Positions 53,101 through 61,596 of a stretch of 61,596 bases of DNA are shown in pieces. The DNA is taken from IMG/VR virus record IMGVR_UViG_3300009111_000003; one strand, written 5' to 3'. Each line of letters starts with the position of its first letter. Within the stretch, counting starts at the first letter, position 1. The position numbers were made by a program, and so were the translations under genes. The notes beneath the pieces are model-generated. The model searched no databases. It saw only the letters and a list, made by a program, of their open reading frames with translations, and had not been told where the DNA came from. Source of the DNA: a virus.

Positions 53101-53688
53101 AATCAGCACACCCATCTGAGTAGCGAAGTCTGCATACTCAGCACGACCTACGACAACGGCTTCGGTCAACTGGTCTGCCCACATCACTACGTCTTCTACA
53201 GTACCGCCGTATGCCACGAACGCAGCGGTGAGTACCTTCGCAACATCCTTGGTGTCTGCCATAGCGATAGTAGCCGCTTTAGCAGAGACTTCCAGGATCG
53301 CCATTGCGTCAGCATTGTCAAACACAACCGACTTGACGTAGTAGAGTGCGTCTGCCAGTTCCTCAGCAGACTTAGGAACTATTCGTGTGAGCAAGAGGAC
53401 TTGGTCTTTGAGAACCTCGAATCCCTCTTTGGTCACACCTTCCGTGGAAGTCAAGACCTTACTCATCGCGGTCTCGAACTCCATCGCAGATTTTGCCATC
53501 TTCACAAACCCTGCGATTATTGCGGCTCCGAATCCCACCCCCACTGCGCCGAGGGCGGCAAGGGCTAGTTTCGCCTTGCCGCCGTTCTTGGCGATATCAG
53601 CAAGCATGTAAGAGACGCCCATGAGAACGGAGCGAGCATTGCCGCTCGACGCTCTCACTATCAGGTTTAGAACTCTACCCTGATTCAT
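50128..53688 (-). CDS. Tail tape measure protein
   Basis: 1186 aa with long Ala/Gly/Ile/Leu-rich helical and TM-like segments. It follows the chaperone pair. Confidence 0.85.
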   Translation of the reverse strand: MNQGRVLNLIVRASSGNARSVLMGVSYMLADIAKNGGKAKLALAALGAVGVGFGAAIIAGFVKMAKSAMEFETAMSKVLTSTEGVTKEGFEVLKDQVLLLTRIVPKSAEELADALYYVKSVVFDNADAMAILEVSAKAATIAMADTKDVAKVLTAAFVAYGGTVEDVVMWADQLTEAVVVGRAEYADFATQMGVLIGYGNTLSVSFSELATWMAFLTRRGYSASQASVFLKNTMMKIINPAALAKKKYKELGIVWGEAGLKAAGGLIPFLAQLGEKVQWNIDELVKFFPNLRAIPLLMAMAQDYTKGAAGELGMLRKMIEGASGTLEERFAFAMEIVSNQLIILKNGFAEVAKRLGALLLPMISDLIIKVTPLVQALAEWVRVNPELARTMLIVIAGIAAFSIVTGSIMLVIGLLELLWGVIGGLAITIGVLGAALVPVTAFLYNVAKVVKEDEVAMQAFNDAWVNLKDTFTALWPVAKALWNAITGNAEQVNNAAEGVRTFAEWLRDATAAMKDWAQSNAPYEMSAKIVNFVRTVEEGIGKVITWFKEHTGVIKAVVVALGGLMIFNLLSGPLGAFWAILTKIPGAFTSMQTGVGRVVTILGTLWSGLGIAGGFITTFIGKVQMIPVIWGYAIGLGSKFLTILSQFSPLLGKFGDLALTVFTRVGGVISTAVSTLTSGGFAGIITGIQTLFVNLGGAISSAFATISGQGVLAAVSGALSSVGSALAGVVAAAAPFLAIIAAIAGVAMFLYTYWDKVKMVFASTSPFIQNLIGVFKPLIEQIQSQFKPLWEAVVNLFEQLKPILMLIGGIIVGVVVVALGLLTGLLAGVAGALSGVIQAITGVINFFSGLVQVIVGFFQFLWGVITANDEITNKAIQKMWDGVKKMWEGIKGIFSGMWNAISGFLKGLWDGIVGFFTGLWDTLVGHSIIPDMINAIINWFVILPIKVLALVASFVQGIIDKIAKLASDVKAKVASMVTEFVNKVVDLKNSAVSKAGELVTAFANKVGEIIAKVKEKIQTAVNTVKNFASQFVSAGKDIVQGIINGIGEKAGALYDKARNIARNALNAIKNFLGISSPSRVMAEVGGNVGQGLINGIAAMTAKVKDASANMVQSIADPMASMTPAMSVGYGMSVTQTVIHKVEFGSLPDGLTLDLDAQQVADLLTNNEKAIKQVSRKVSIYQSREIR

Positions 53689-53691
53689 GGA

Positions 53692-53853
53692 CTATCCCTT
53701 CGCCTTCTTCGCTTCGACCTCTTGCGCCTCTGCATGCGCTGCTCTGAAAATCTCGAAGTACACACGAACGCTGTTCGGCTGCTCTCTCCAACCACCTGAG
53801 TACGGCATGACTCCCATCTGCTCGCACATCAGGTAGTCAGAGAATGCCCTCAT
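53692..53853 (-). CDS. Second tail-assembly-chaperone ORF (53 aa; T-like part or separate gene)
   Basis: Hand-translated (MRAFSDYLMCEQMGVMPYSGGWREQPNS...). Its ATG overlaps the upstream stop (ATGA). It lies in the -1 frame relative to 53850-54335. Confidence 0.45.
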   Translation of the reverse strand: MRAFSDYLMCEQMGVMPYSGGWREQPNSVRVYFEIFRAAHAEAQEVEAKKAKG

Positions 53854-54335
53854 TGCTTCGGGATGCTTTTCAAGGGCGCGACGTCCGACACTGTGTCCGA
53901 GGAAGAGTTCTCTGCAGAGGCGGCGGATTCCCCCTCTGCCCTCACAACCGAGGCAACCTCGTCCTCATGCTTGCGCCAGACGGAGTCACACTGCTCGTCG
54001 ATCCACTCCTTGCTCTCACGAGACAGGAGCCTGTACTGAGCCATCGCGGTCGAGACGTCCTTGTAGATGCGATCGTTGATGGTCATGCTCACGAACAGAG
54101 CGCGGAACTGGAACTCAGCGACCTTCTTCTTGTCAACATTGAATTCGACCATCTCGCCGTTGGCGAACAGGTCTTCCATGTTGGTGTTCTCGTCGATGAG
54201 ATTTCCAGGAATCTTCATGGAACCCAGAAGACCCTGACGCTCATCGTACTGAGAGCCAGTCGGTTCTGACTTGAGAATGAGGATGTCTCCGTCAGGGTCT
54301 CTGAATTCCACTGTGCCGATCGATGCGTATTTCAT
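53850..54335 (-). CDS. Tail assembly chaperone (G-like)
   Basis: 161 aa, located between the tail tube and tape measure genes. Confidence 0.6.
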   Translation of the reverse strand: MKYASIGTVEFRDPDGDILILKSEPTGSQYDERQGLLGSMKIPGNLIDENTNMEDLFANGEMVEFNVDKKKVAEFQFRALFVSMTINDRIYKDVSTAMAQYRLLSRESKEWIDEQCDSVWRKHEDEVASVVRAEGESAASAENSSSDTVSDVAPLKSIPKQ

Positions 54336-54356
54336 CTCGGGGTCACTCCTCAGTTC

Positions 54357-55310
54357 CTAGGTGTACACGGCGTCGGTGTTGACAACCTCGACCTGGAGGT
54401 CGTAGGTTGCAGTACCGTCGAACAGCACGATGGAATCCAACTTCTGGGTCATAATCCCATCGGCTTCGATCGGGGTGGCGACATTGGCGAACTTGACGTT
54501 CGGGAGCGTGAAGATGTACTTGTACGGCTGTCCCGCGCCACCTGCCATAACGGTCGAGAGCACGGTGATAACCACAGGCGTCTTCGTTCCCGCAACAGCA
54601 AGGTCGTACATCGACTGACTGGTGAAGTCCATCTCCAGTCCGAGCGTGATTGCGCGGAAGCCCTCGGCTACCCTGCGGGAGTACAGAGTGCCGTTCAGGG
54701 TGTTGACTCGCTCGAGGTTGTTCTCGATACCAAGTTCCGCTGAGATGATTTCGAGATTGGACACCGCGTTGAACGTCGCAGACGTCATCTCGAAAGAGCC
54801 GAGGTTGTCATCGGCTGGCAGACCGCTGACCGTGGCGGGAGCGTTCTTGGAAGCGACCGTTCCGAGGAAGTCGCAGGAAACCTCTGCGGCCTCTCCAGCC
54901 TTCATCGAGACAGTCAACTTGTCAACGAGACACCCGCACAACTGCTTCGCACCAACAGCGGTGGTGTACCCGACCTCTGCTGTGAACGACTTGAGGTCGG
55001 CGGTCGTGCCCTTGAGGGTGTGCTTCCATCCCGTACCCGCTGCGATACAAGTGTCGGGACCGATGGCGAACTTGAAGAACCACGGCAGAGCATTGAAGTA
55101 CAGAGGAGCGGTGAAACTCCCCTTGCACTCAACTTGCTTCGACACCGAACGAACTCGAGAGCGATCCTCTCGCATTGTCGGGATTGCCTCACGCGGGTAG
55201 GAGTCGTCGATGTCAGCGGAGGTGGGGTCGATGAATTTCGCGATTGCCACAGCAGTACCACGCGTGACTTCCTGTCCCCACCCGAAGTGCGTCATTGCTC
55301 CAGTCGGCAT
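54357..55310 (-). CDS. Major tail (tube) protein
   Basis: 317 aa, upstream of the chaperones and tape measure. No sheath gene is present. Confidence 0.65.
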   Translation of the reverse strand: MPTGAMTHFGWGQEVTRGTAVAIAKFIDPTSADIDDSYPREAIPTMREDRSRVRSVSKQVECKGSFTAPLYFNALPWFFKFAIGPDTCIAAGTGWKHTLKGTTADLKSFTAEVGYTTAVGAKQLCGCLVDKLTVSMKAGEAAEVSCDFLGTVASKNAPATVSGLPADDNLGSFEMTSATFNAVSNLEIISAELGIENNLERVNTLNGTLYSRRVAEGFRAITLGLEMDFTSQSMYDLAVAGTKTPVVITVLSTVMAGGAGQPYKYIFTLPNVKFANVATPIEADGIMTQKLDSIVLFDGTATYDLQVEVVNTDAVYT

Positions 55311-55489
55311 TACTTCTCACCTTCTTTCTCTTTCTTAGGAGTCTTCTCAACCTTCTCGAAGTCCGGCAGCGAGAGCAGGACTTCCGCGTCTTCTGCGGAC
55401 ACCTCGGTCGGGACATCCCGCTCGAAAGCCTTCGTCACGGCGGGAACCCATGCTGACCCGAGATATCCTCTGTAGACTACTTTGACCAT
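55310..55489 (-). CDS. Small hypothetical protein (59 aa)
   Basis: Hand-translated (MVKVVYRGYLGSAWVPAVTKAFERD...). SD aaggaggg. TAATG overlap with the tube gene. Confidence 0.5.
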   Translation of the reverse strand: MVKVVYRGYLGSAWVPAVTKAFERDVPTEVSAEDAEVLLSLPDFEKVEKTPKKEKEGEK

Positions 55490-55500
55490 GCCTACCCTCC

Positions 55501-55935
55501 TTACCTCGACTTCAAGACCATGAACCGAGCGTCCATCTGAGCCATCCTGACGGCTTCACGATTCCTCACTGCTGGTACATATTGTACCCCAACATCTTGG
55601 AACGTGACCACCATACCATCCAGACTTACATCCTCGCGCAATGTCGCGACTATCTGGTCTGCGATCCGTATGAGGGATCTGTCGACAGGAGACTCCGAGA
55701 CCGTGCTGTTGAAACCGTCCCTTGCACTCTTGACAACGTAGATCGCTACGCGAATCAAGTGCTGGTCTTTCGCGGTTGTGTACGTTGACACAACGTCGGT
55801 TCCTGGTGCAACGATGATTGCTGGCAAGTCGAAGTCAACGTATGTGATTGGATCTCCGAAAAGCAGCGACCGAATCTCAGGAAAATTCTGCTCCCTGATT
55901 ACGGCAATGATTTTGTCCAGGAGTTCTTCCATCAC
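55501..55935 (-). CDS. Neck / tail-completion protein candidate (144 aa)
   Basis: Synteny between the head-tail joining genes and the tube. Confidence 0.5.
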   Translation of the reverse strand: MMEELLDKIIAVIREQNFPEIRSLLFGDPITYVDFDLPAIIVAPGTDVVSTYTTAKDQHLIRVAIYVVKSARDGFNSTVSESPVDRSLIRIADQIVATLREDVSLDGMVVTFQDVGVQYVPAVRNREAVRMAQMDARFMVLKSR

Positions 55936-56408
55936 AGTCTCCTGAACACTTGCGCGTCAAAGGTAGTGGCAAACATCTCGTCTATCCTCTCGAGGTCTTC
56001 GTCTAGCAGATTGAGGACTGGACGCATCGGCATCTTCACAGTACCGAACTCATGCCATAGATGCTTCGAGTCTTCGAAGTCTGGGTTATGGATGATGATT
56101 GCATTCTCTCCATAATCATCAACCGCCCATGCCGCTCGATACTCTCCAGTCAATTGCAGATCCGGAGTCGTATCACCGCCCTTCTCCCGATCTGCGTATG
56201 GCTGAGTCAGACGAACGAATCCTCCTACCTCACCGCCAGCAGTGTCGTAGTTACGCTCGATCTTGTCTATGAAGTATTCTCCCATATCACCAAGGAGGTC
56301 GCTCCACATACCACTGCCGCCAAGGATCGCAGAAACGCTCATCACCTGAGCAGAGTACGAGGAGAACTGCCCCGCACCCTCAAGTGTCAGTGTCTCGAAT
56401 AGTCCCAC
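55932..56408 (-). CDS. Head-tail joining / virion morphogenesis protein candidate (158 aa)
   Basis: Synteny. Confidence 0.5.
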   Translation of the reverse strand: MGLFETLTLEGAGQFSSYSAQVMSVSAILGGSGMWSDLLGDMGEYFIDKIERNYDTAGGEVGGFVRLTQPYADREKGGDTTPDLQLTGEYRAAWAVDDYGENAIIIHNPDFEDSKHLWHEFGTVKMPMRPVLNLLDEDLERIDEMFATTFDAQVFRRL

Positions 56409-57175
56409 TACAAATGCTCCAGGTCGTCGATCTGGTCGTCAGAGACTGTTATCGTTGGATCCCATCTCCACGGACTGGAGTCTGAGTACCGAGTGAGGAC
56501 ACCTTCGGAGTCTGCATAGAACTGGTCGTTCTCGAAGAGCCTGTCACGAGACCCGTAGGTGGTTTCCTCGATCCAAGCATCAACCTCAACGATGATTGGA
56601 ATCTCAGTACCCGTCGTATCAACCAGAGTGATAACGCCGCACATGACTTCTTCGAGAAGGGCGTAAGCCACCCTTCGAAGTCTGTCAGGCGGGAACACCG
56701 TTGTTGACGGAGTGTTGGCACCCATCTCGTTGTATGCTTGGTCTCCGAGATTCGCAGCCGCCAGCATAGCGACGATACGACTGATGAGTGGTGAATCCTC
56801 AAGATCCGCCTTCGCGTACATACCGATGAGTTTGCCATAGACCTCGGCTTCAACTTCATCACGCGCAATCGTTATCTCAGCACTGGAGAGGTTGTGTCCC
56901 CAATAGTCAGCAGTGACCGCAGCCCCTCCAGCAGGAGCAGCGGAGAGAACAACAGCGTTCTCTGCAATGCTGTTGATACCGACCGACACTCCGTTGACCT
57001 TGACGGTGATTTCAGAGGTCTGTGGAGCGTCATTGGTGGGACTGACAAAGCATGCGAACTGATGCGGGGCGAAGACGACATTAGAGCCGTTGCCAGTTCC
57101 GAGAGCGTCACCGACAACTCTCTTCGGTCGGAACCCGCTGAGTGCCCTAATTCGTGCAAGTGTCGTCAGTGCCAT
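56408..57175 (-). CDS. Head-tail adaptor candidate (255 aa)
   Basis: Synteny. Confidence 0.45.
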   Translation of the reverse strand: MALTTLARIRALSGFRPKRVVGDALGTGNGSNVVFAPHQFACFVSPTNDAPQTSEITVKVNGVSVGINSIAENAVVLSAAPAGGAAVTADYWGHNLSSAEITIARDEVEAEVYGKLIGMYAKADLEDSPLISRIVAMLAAANLGDQAYNEMGANTPSTTVFPPDRLRRVAYALLEEVMCGVITLVDTTGTEIPIIVEVDAWIEETTYGSRDRLFENDQFYADSEGVLTRYSDSSPWRWDPTITVSDDQIDDLEHL

Positions 57176-57825
57176 TACTCCGTCACCCCATTACCATCAT
57201 CATCGATGGTGAGGACTTGCGTGATAGTCACACCAGTCTTCGTGATTGTCAGTGTGTAAGTTCCAGGATCGAGTCGGAACGCTCCGTAGCCGTCGCTTGC
57301 AATGCACTGACCGTTGGCGTCTGTCGTCGCTGGACCGTATGTCGTGCCCCCTCCAGTAATGACGCTGACCGACGCACCACTGACAGGAACTCCTGCGTCC
57401 TCGACCAATGGAGTCCACGGCCAGTATCCATCACCGTACAGGGCTGGAGTCGTCGGAGGAAGTTCGGTGTCCTCAAGCAGGTCTGCCGTCTCGGTCTCGA
57501 TGTTGTCACTCACGTCCACCGAGATGTAGCCAACCGTCGGGAATGTCTGGTAAGCAGATCCAGGCCATTCAACGACAATGACGGCTTCCATTCCCTCACC
57601 GACGATGAATGTGTCTCCCTCTGCCCAAGAGTAATACACGATACCACTTGTGCGAGTCAAGTCAAATGTCATCGCGCCGATAACATGGGCTCTCTGTCCA
57701 GGGCGACGCATCCGAAACTGAGCCGACAGAGCAGTGGTCAGATCCACAGGATCCAACGCCGGATCCAAAAGAGTCGCCGTGAATGACGGCTCTGTGTCGT
57801 GTTGCTTGATGGTGAAATCCGCCAT
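57175..57825 (-). CDS. Structural protein with an Ig-like N-terminal domain and a carboxypeptidase-regulatory-like domain (216 aa)
   Basis: The C-terminal VSGASVSVITGGG...TTDANGQCIA...LDPGTYTLTITKTG is a typical CarboxypepD_reg pattern. Confidence 0.55.
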   Translation of the reverse strand: MADFTIKQHDTEPSFTATLLDPALDPVDLTTALSAQFRMRRPGQRAHVIGAMTFDLTRTSGIVYYSWAEGDTFIVGEGMEAVIVVEWPGSAYQTFPTVGYISVDVSDNIETETADLLEDTELPPTTPALYGDGYWPWTPLVEDAGVPVSGASVSVITGGGTTYGPATTDANGQCIASDGYGAFRLDPGTYTLTITKTGVTITQVLTIDDDGNGVTE

Positions 57826-57837
57826 GCGTAACGCCTC

Positions 57838-60096
57838 CTAATCCACAAGGACAGTATATGGGCTACTCACAGTTACGGCAACCGAACTATTCCCGTCTGA
57901 TGGTGTCGCTATCCACAGCCCGTTCACGCATGTAACCGTATATAGACTCGGGAGAACCGAAACTGTACCGTGGTCTGTTGGGAGTATGATAGCGACAGTG
58001 AGTATGCCGTCGAAGGCAGATTGTCCTGCAATCAAACCAGAGAGTGATGCTGGCACTGATAGAATGCCTGTGAGAGTTGCTTGTGACGGAACTATACCGA
58101 CAAGCGACAGCCTCGACAGCATTGCTCCTGTCATTGAGCCAGTGCCAGCAATCACTCCCGAAATTAGAGAGGCAAGATGAATGGTGCCTGTCAGACCACC
58201 AGTGCCAGCAGATACACCAGAGATCTTGTTATTGAGTACCAGAGTTGCTGTTAGAGAACCAGTACCAGACAGAGTTCCGGCAATAGCACCGCTGCCAAGA
58301 AGCGATCCAGTGAATCCACCGACACCAGCAATGATGCCAGAGAGTTTACTATTCTGCTTTAGAACCCCCGCAAGTATTCCAACTCCAGCCGCAGTTCCCG
58401 TTAGAGGACTGTTGCTCTTTGCAGAACCAGTCAGTGTCCCAGTTCCAGAGATAACACCAGCAAGAGATGCGGGATTGGTCAGGGCACCTGAGAATGTACC
58501 AACTCCTGCACAGGTTCCAGATATGCCTCCACCGCCGAGGAGGTTGCCAGTCATATCTCCAATACCAGCAATGGATCCAAGGAGTTTGCCGTCTTGCTTT
58601 AGGGCTCCTGCGAGTGTACCAGTTCCAGCGACGGAACCTGATAGTGGACTATTGGTCGTGGCAGCAGCGGTCAGAGAACCAACGCCTGCTATCGTACCAG
58701 CGAGCCACCACTGAGCCTCGGTCATTGTCAGAGAGCCAGTGAGGGAACCCGTTCCAGCACAGACACCTACGAGAGGAGAGTTCGACTTTAGGATTCCAGT
58801 AAGAGAACCAGTGCCAGCAGTGGCTCCAGCCAATTTACGATCTACTGTGGCGGCACCTGCCAGCGTACCAGTGCCAGCGATAGTGCCAGCCAGTGAATGA
58901 CCATACAGAATATTCGACTCTGTGTAATCAGACGTTCCCTCTCCGTCTATTACAGTCGCTACTCGATATTGCAGAGATGCGTATGACGCTGGAGGATTCA
59001 GGTCTATGTATTCGACACCAGCAGGTGGAACATAGAGGATTCCGTCGAATCCAGCAGTGCCAGCAAGCGTGCCAGCAAGCGAAGTATTGACAGACGCTAC
59101 GGCTGACAGGGTGCCTACTCCCGCACACGTTCCAGAAAGAGGACTGTTCGTCGTAGCGGCAGCGGTAAGAGTTCCTGTGCCAGCCGCAGTACCAGAGAGT
59201 TTACTGTTCTGCTTGACCGCACCAGTGAGAGAGCCAGTACCAGCAATCGTACCCGCAAGTTTGCTATTCTGCTTTAGAACTCCAGTGATGGAACCCGTAC
59301 CAGCAATCGTACCCGCAAGAGGCTTGGTCACGGCAAGAATACCAGTCAGAGTTCCTGTACCAGCAAAGGATCCAGAGATCGGAATTCTGATTCCAAGAGT
59401 CGCTGATAGGGTTCCAGTACCAGCACATGTGCCAGCGATTTGAGTGTTCTGTTTGATTGTGCCAGTCAGAGAACCAGTACCAGCAAGAGTTCCAGCAAGT
59501 GACCAGTTCGCATGCGTATCTGTTAGCGAACCATTGAGCGAACCAGTACCAGCAATCGTTCCTGCAAGAACATGATTCGTCGCCGTCGTGTAGTAGACGG
59601 TAAACTGTGCGCCGTCCACATAGACGTCGGTATTGTTGGACGTCGCTAATACAGAGACCTGAAAACCGAATGTACTGCTATTGATATCGGTTACATTAGC
59701 CCCAGACCAGCCAAACATATCTCCGTCGCCACCGACGGCGGTAAGATCGCCTTCTGTAAAAGAAGGGAAGGTGATACCGACATTAGTTTTCGCAGTTCCT
59801 ACAACAGAACCATTCAGGACAAGAGCGGCGTATTGAAGGTCTGCACCACCAGCATCGAAGTATCCCTGGAGTTGAATCATAAATCCAGTGATTGTTGCTC
59901 CAGTAGGGATTGAGAACGAAGCGTTCGTGAACCTCAAGAGATAGGAATAGTCGCCCGTGTCGTATGTTGCAGCCGTGATTGAGGCGCGATTGTCGTCTAG
60001 AGTTGCCGCATTCCCAGGACTCGTCCAGTCATTCGCATTATATGGAGAGGAGCCAACGGAGGTTACACTGAATGATACTCGTCCCTGTCCAGGCAT
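57838..60096 (-). CDS. Large fibre-like protein built from ~28 copies of a 19-residue repeat (752 aa)
   Basis: An N-terminal jelly-roll-like domain is followed by the repeat LAGTxAGTGSLTGxLKxNSx in two blocks. TAATG overlap with the upstream gene. Confidence 0.75.
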   Translation of the reverse strand: MPGQGRVSFSVTSVGSSPYNANDWTSPGNAATLDDNRASITAATYDTGDYSYLLRFTNASFSIPTGATITGFMIQLQGYFDAGGADLQYAALVLNGSVVGTAKTNVGITFPSFTEGDLTAVGGDGDMFGWSGANVTDINSSTFGFQVSVLATSNNTDVYVDGAQFTVYYTTATNHVLAGTIAGTGSLNGSLTDTHANWSLAGTLAGTGSLTGTIKQNTQIAGTCAGTGTLSATLGIRIPISGSFAGTGTLTGILAVTKPLAGTIAGTGSITGVLKQNSKLAGTIAGTGSLTGAVKQNSKLSGTAAGTGTLTAAATTNSPLSGTCAGVGTLSAVASVNTSLAGTLAGTAGFDGILYVPPAGVEYIDLNPPASYASLQYRVATVIDGEGTSDYTESNILYGHSLAGTIAGTGTLAGAATVDRKLAGATAGTGSLTGILKSNSPLVGVCAGTGSLTGSLTMTEAQWWLAGTIAGVGSLTAAATTNSPLSGSVAGTGTLAGALKQDGKLLGSIAGIGDMTGNLLGGGGISGTCAGVGTFSGALTNPASLAGVISGTGTLTGSAKSNSPLTGTAAGVGILAGVLKQNSKLSGIIAGVGGFTGSLLGSGAIAGTLSGTGSLTATLVLNNKISGVSAGTGGLTGTIHLASLISGVIAGTGSMTGAMLSRLSLVGIVPSQATLTGILSVPASLSGLIAGQSAFDGILTVAIILPTDHGTVSVLPSLYTVTCVNGLWIATPSDGNSSVAVTVSSPYTVLVD
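57894..59544 (-). repeat. Coding tandem repeat array (57-nt period) inside ORF 57838-60096
   Basis: Degenerate 19-aa units are visible throughout the translation. They are interrupted by a ~55-aa insert (VPPAGVEYIDLNPPASYASLQYRVATVIDG...). Confidence 0.75.
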
Positions 60097-61596
60097 TAGA
60101 CGACCACCTCGTCATAAGGCACCCAAGAGCCGCCGTCAACGCGACGCTCAATCAGGTAGGAGGTCGCCCCATCAACTGGATCCCACGTTATCAGCCTGTC
60201 GTCTCCATAGAGCGAAAGCACTACGTTGGTTGGGGGATCTACAGTTGTCGGAACGTACAGGTTGCCGCTGAACGAACCGAGTCCAGCAATGGCACCTGAT
60301 AGGGCAGAATTGATAGCGAGCAGGGCATTACCAGCACCCGTGCCAGCCATCGTAGCGACAAGTGGTGCATTGACACCGACTGAGCCTGCAATCGTACATG
60401 CTCCAGCAATTCCACCCGCAAGAGTGTATTGCCGTCTGAGGTCGCCAGCAAAGGAGCATTGGGCAATCAGACTACCACCTAGAGGGGAGTTGACCGTTGC
60501 CGCTCCATTGATAGTCCCTATCCCTGCGACAGTACCCTGCAACGGATGGTCAACCGAACCCATCGTGATAACGGTGCCCTCGTTGGTGTACGCCTGTAGA
60601 TATATGCTGTCCGTGTTTACGGAGTCCTGCGCTATCTGGAGAGCATTGTTCGCATTGGCACCAAGACCGATGACCGTATTGCTGAACGAAGACGCGCCGT
60701 TATCTGCTGCATCGTTCGAGTTAGTACGAATCGTTAGTTGAGCGTTGGTGTACTGATGCTTCCGGAGGAACATTCCAGTCGCACCTGACGGTGGAGTGGG
60801 AATGTCCGTCGGAGTGGTCTCGGTCAGCGTCCAACCAGTCTCCGTTACTGGCACGATGACACCATGCAGGAAGTAAGCGATCGGGCGCATATCTATCGCA
60901 TAGTTTGCATTGCGATATGCGTCGAACTGTTTGCTGCTGTTGAGTGGAACGACCCAATACCCACCCTGATAGAAGGACGAGACGTTCGCCCATGAAGAAC
61001 CAGTCGGTCTTACGTTGAACGAAACTGCTGAGGTTCCTCCGAGATTCATCACTGCATAGATACCAGCGATTGCACCAGTTGGTGCGGAAGAGTCCGTCAG
61101 AGTTACCCATCCAGCAGTACCAGCAGCAGTTCCGACATCACTGACGCTGTTTATATCGGTCCACGTCACATCACCCTCGCTCGTGGTGTAACCGACAACA
61201 GCGTATCTGTCGTTATTTGCTCCAGTGGTCGTGTAGCAGTAAACATCCACGCTACGACTGGCACTGAGTTTCGATGCGACCATGTGCATCGCATGGGAGT
61301 ACATTCTGTCGAAGTTACCACCACTCATCCATGATGGGTCAGAAACACCAGTCGCCTTAGCACCGTAGCGATAGTGGTTACTGCTCTCACAGTGGAATCG
61401 AAGAATGACACCCGTGGCATCTGAGGGAAGCAGACTGGACAGGTCGAAGGAGTACCAGCCAGAGGCTTCTCCTCCGGTCTTCTGCAGAACCGTGTAGGCA
61501 GGAGCCAGCCACTTTATCGCTGGACGGTTCAGGTTGCCAGTGAGGGTCGAGGTTCCTGCAATGGTTCCGGAAAGAACGTGATTCGTTCCTCCACCG
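60096..61596 (-). CDS. C-terminal part of the same wrap-around fibre-like protein (jelly-roll-like region, AGxG repeats, FN3-like end)
   Basis: The frame of ORF 60096-61328 has no stop upstream to the window end (...GGEASGWYSFDLSSLLPSDATGVILRFHCESSNHYRYGAKATGVSDPSWMSGGNF...). The C-terminus reads GATSYLIERRVDGGSW. Positions 61474-61596 duplicate 1-123. Confidence 0.8.
   Translation of the reverse strand, partial: GGGTNHVLSGTIAGTSTLTGNLNRPAIKWLAPAYTVLQKTGGEASGWYSFDLSSLLPSDATGVILRFHCESSNHYRYGAKATGVSDPSWMSGGNFDRMYSHAMHMVASKLSASRSVDVYCYTTTGANNDRYAVVGYTTSEGDVTWTDINSVSDVGTAAGTAGWVTLTDSSAPTGAIAGIYAVMNLGGTSAVSFNVRPTGSSWANVSSFYQGGYWVVPLNSSKQFDAYRNANYAIDMRPIAYFLHGVIVPVTETGWTLTETTPTDIPTPPSGATGMFLRKHQYTNAQLTIRTNSNDAADNGASSFSNTVIGLGANANNALQIAQDSVNTDSIYLQAYTNEGTVITMGSVDHPLQGTVAGIGTINGAATVNSPLGGSLIAQCSFAGDLRRQYTLAGGIAGACTIAGSVGVNAPLVATMAGTGAGNALLAINSALSGAIAGLGSFSGNLYVPTTVDPPTNVVLSLYGDDRLITWDPVDGATSYLIERRVDGGSWVPYDEVVV
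61474..61596. repeat. Terminal direct repeat copy 2
   Basis: Identical to 1-123. Confidence 0.95.

Noticed and set aside
57894-59544. CRISPR-like or satellite repeat array.
   Set aside because: The periodic signal is a degenerate 57-nt coding repeat inside a continuous ORF. There are no unique spacers or conserved direct repeats.
1-61596. Prophage, integrative element or lysogeny module.
   Set aside because: I recognised no integrase, recombinase, excisionase, CI/Cro-like repressor or att-like tRNA fragment. The contig closes on itself with phage genes only.

Overview
The window is a complete, circularly closed tailed-phage genome. The first 123 nt are repeated exactly at the end, so the unique length is about 61,473 bp, and one gene runs across the junction. 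I found no rRNA, tRNA, CRISPR array, integrase, repressor or RNA polymerase gene. The layout has two arms. (1) A minus-strand late arm runs 10563 down to 1, then 61473 down to 40313. It encodes a small-terminase candidate, TerL, portal, protease/scaffold, two lambda-gpD-like decoration paralogues, a gpE-like major capsid protein, two large fibre-like proteins built from a 19-residue repeat, neck proteins, tail tube, chaperone pair, tape measure, a BNR-repeat tail protein, a lysis cassette and two further fibre proteins, one with a C1q-like head. (2) A plus-strand early/middle arm runs 11254-40255. It encodes about 35 small unknown proteins in at least 11 promoter-defined units, then an SNF2 helicase, a Cas4-like nuclease, a Sak4-like ATPase, an SSB-like acidic protein, a DnaG-primase/MCM-helicase fusion, a nucleotide-metabolism cluster, DnaE, a ThyX-like protein, a RuvC-like resolvase and an SLT transglycosylase. 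The most unusual signals are these: a ~955-bp island (11027-11982) almost free of VGA/TCB trinucleotides that covers one of two diverged paralogous genes; a highly conserved promoter plus GGCAGGCAACC leader-box cassette repeated about 11 times; a ~310-nt 5' leader closed by a 22-bp helix; and an inverted-repeat-flanked AT-rich element in the divergent control region, with a related copy at 22484-22600. Product calls come from motifs I recognise by eye, not database searches. Small-ORF and motif coordinates I derived by hand may be off by 1-2 nt.
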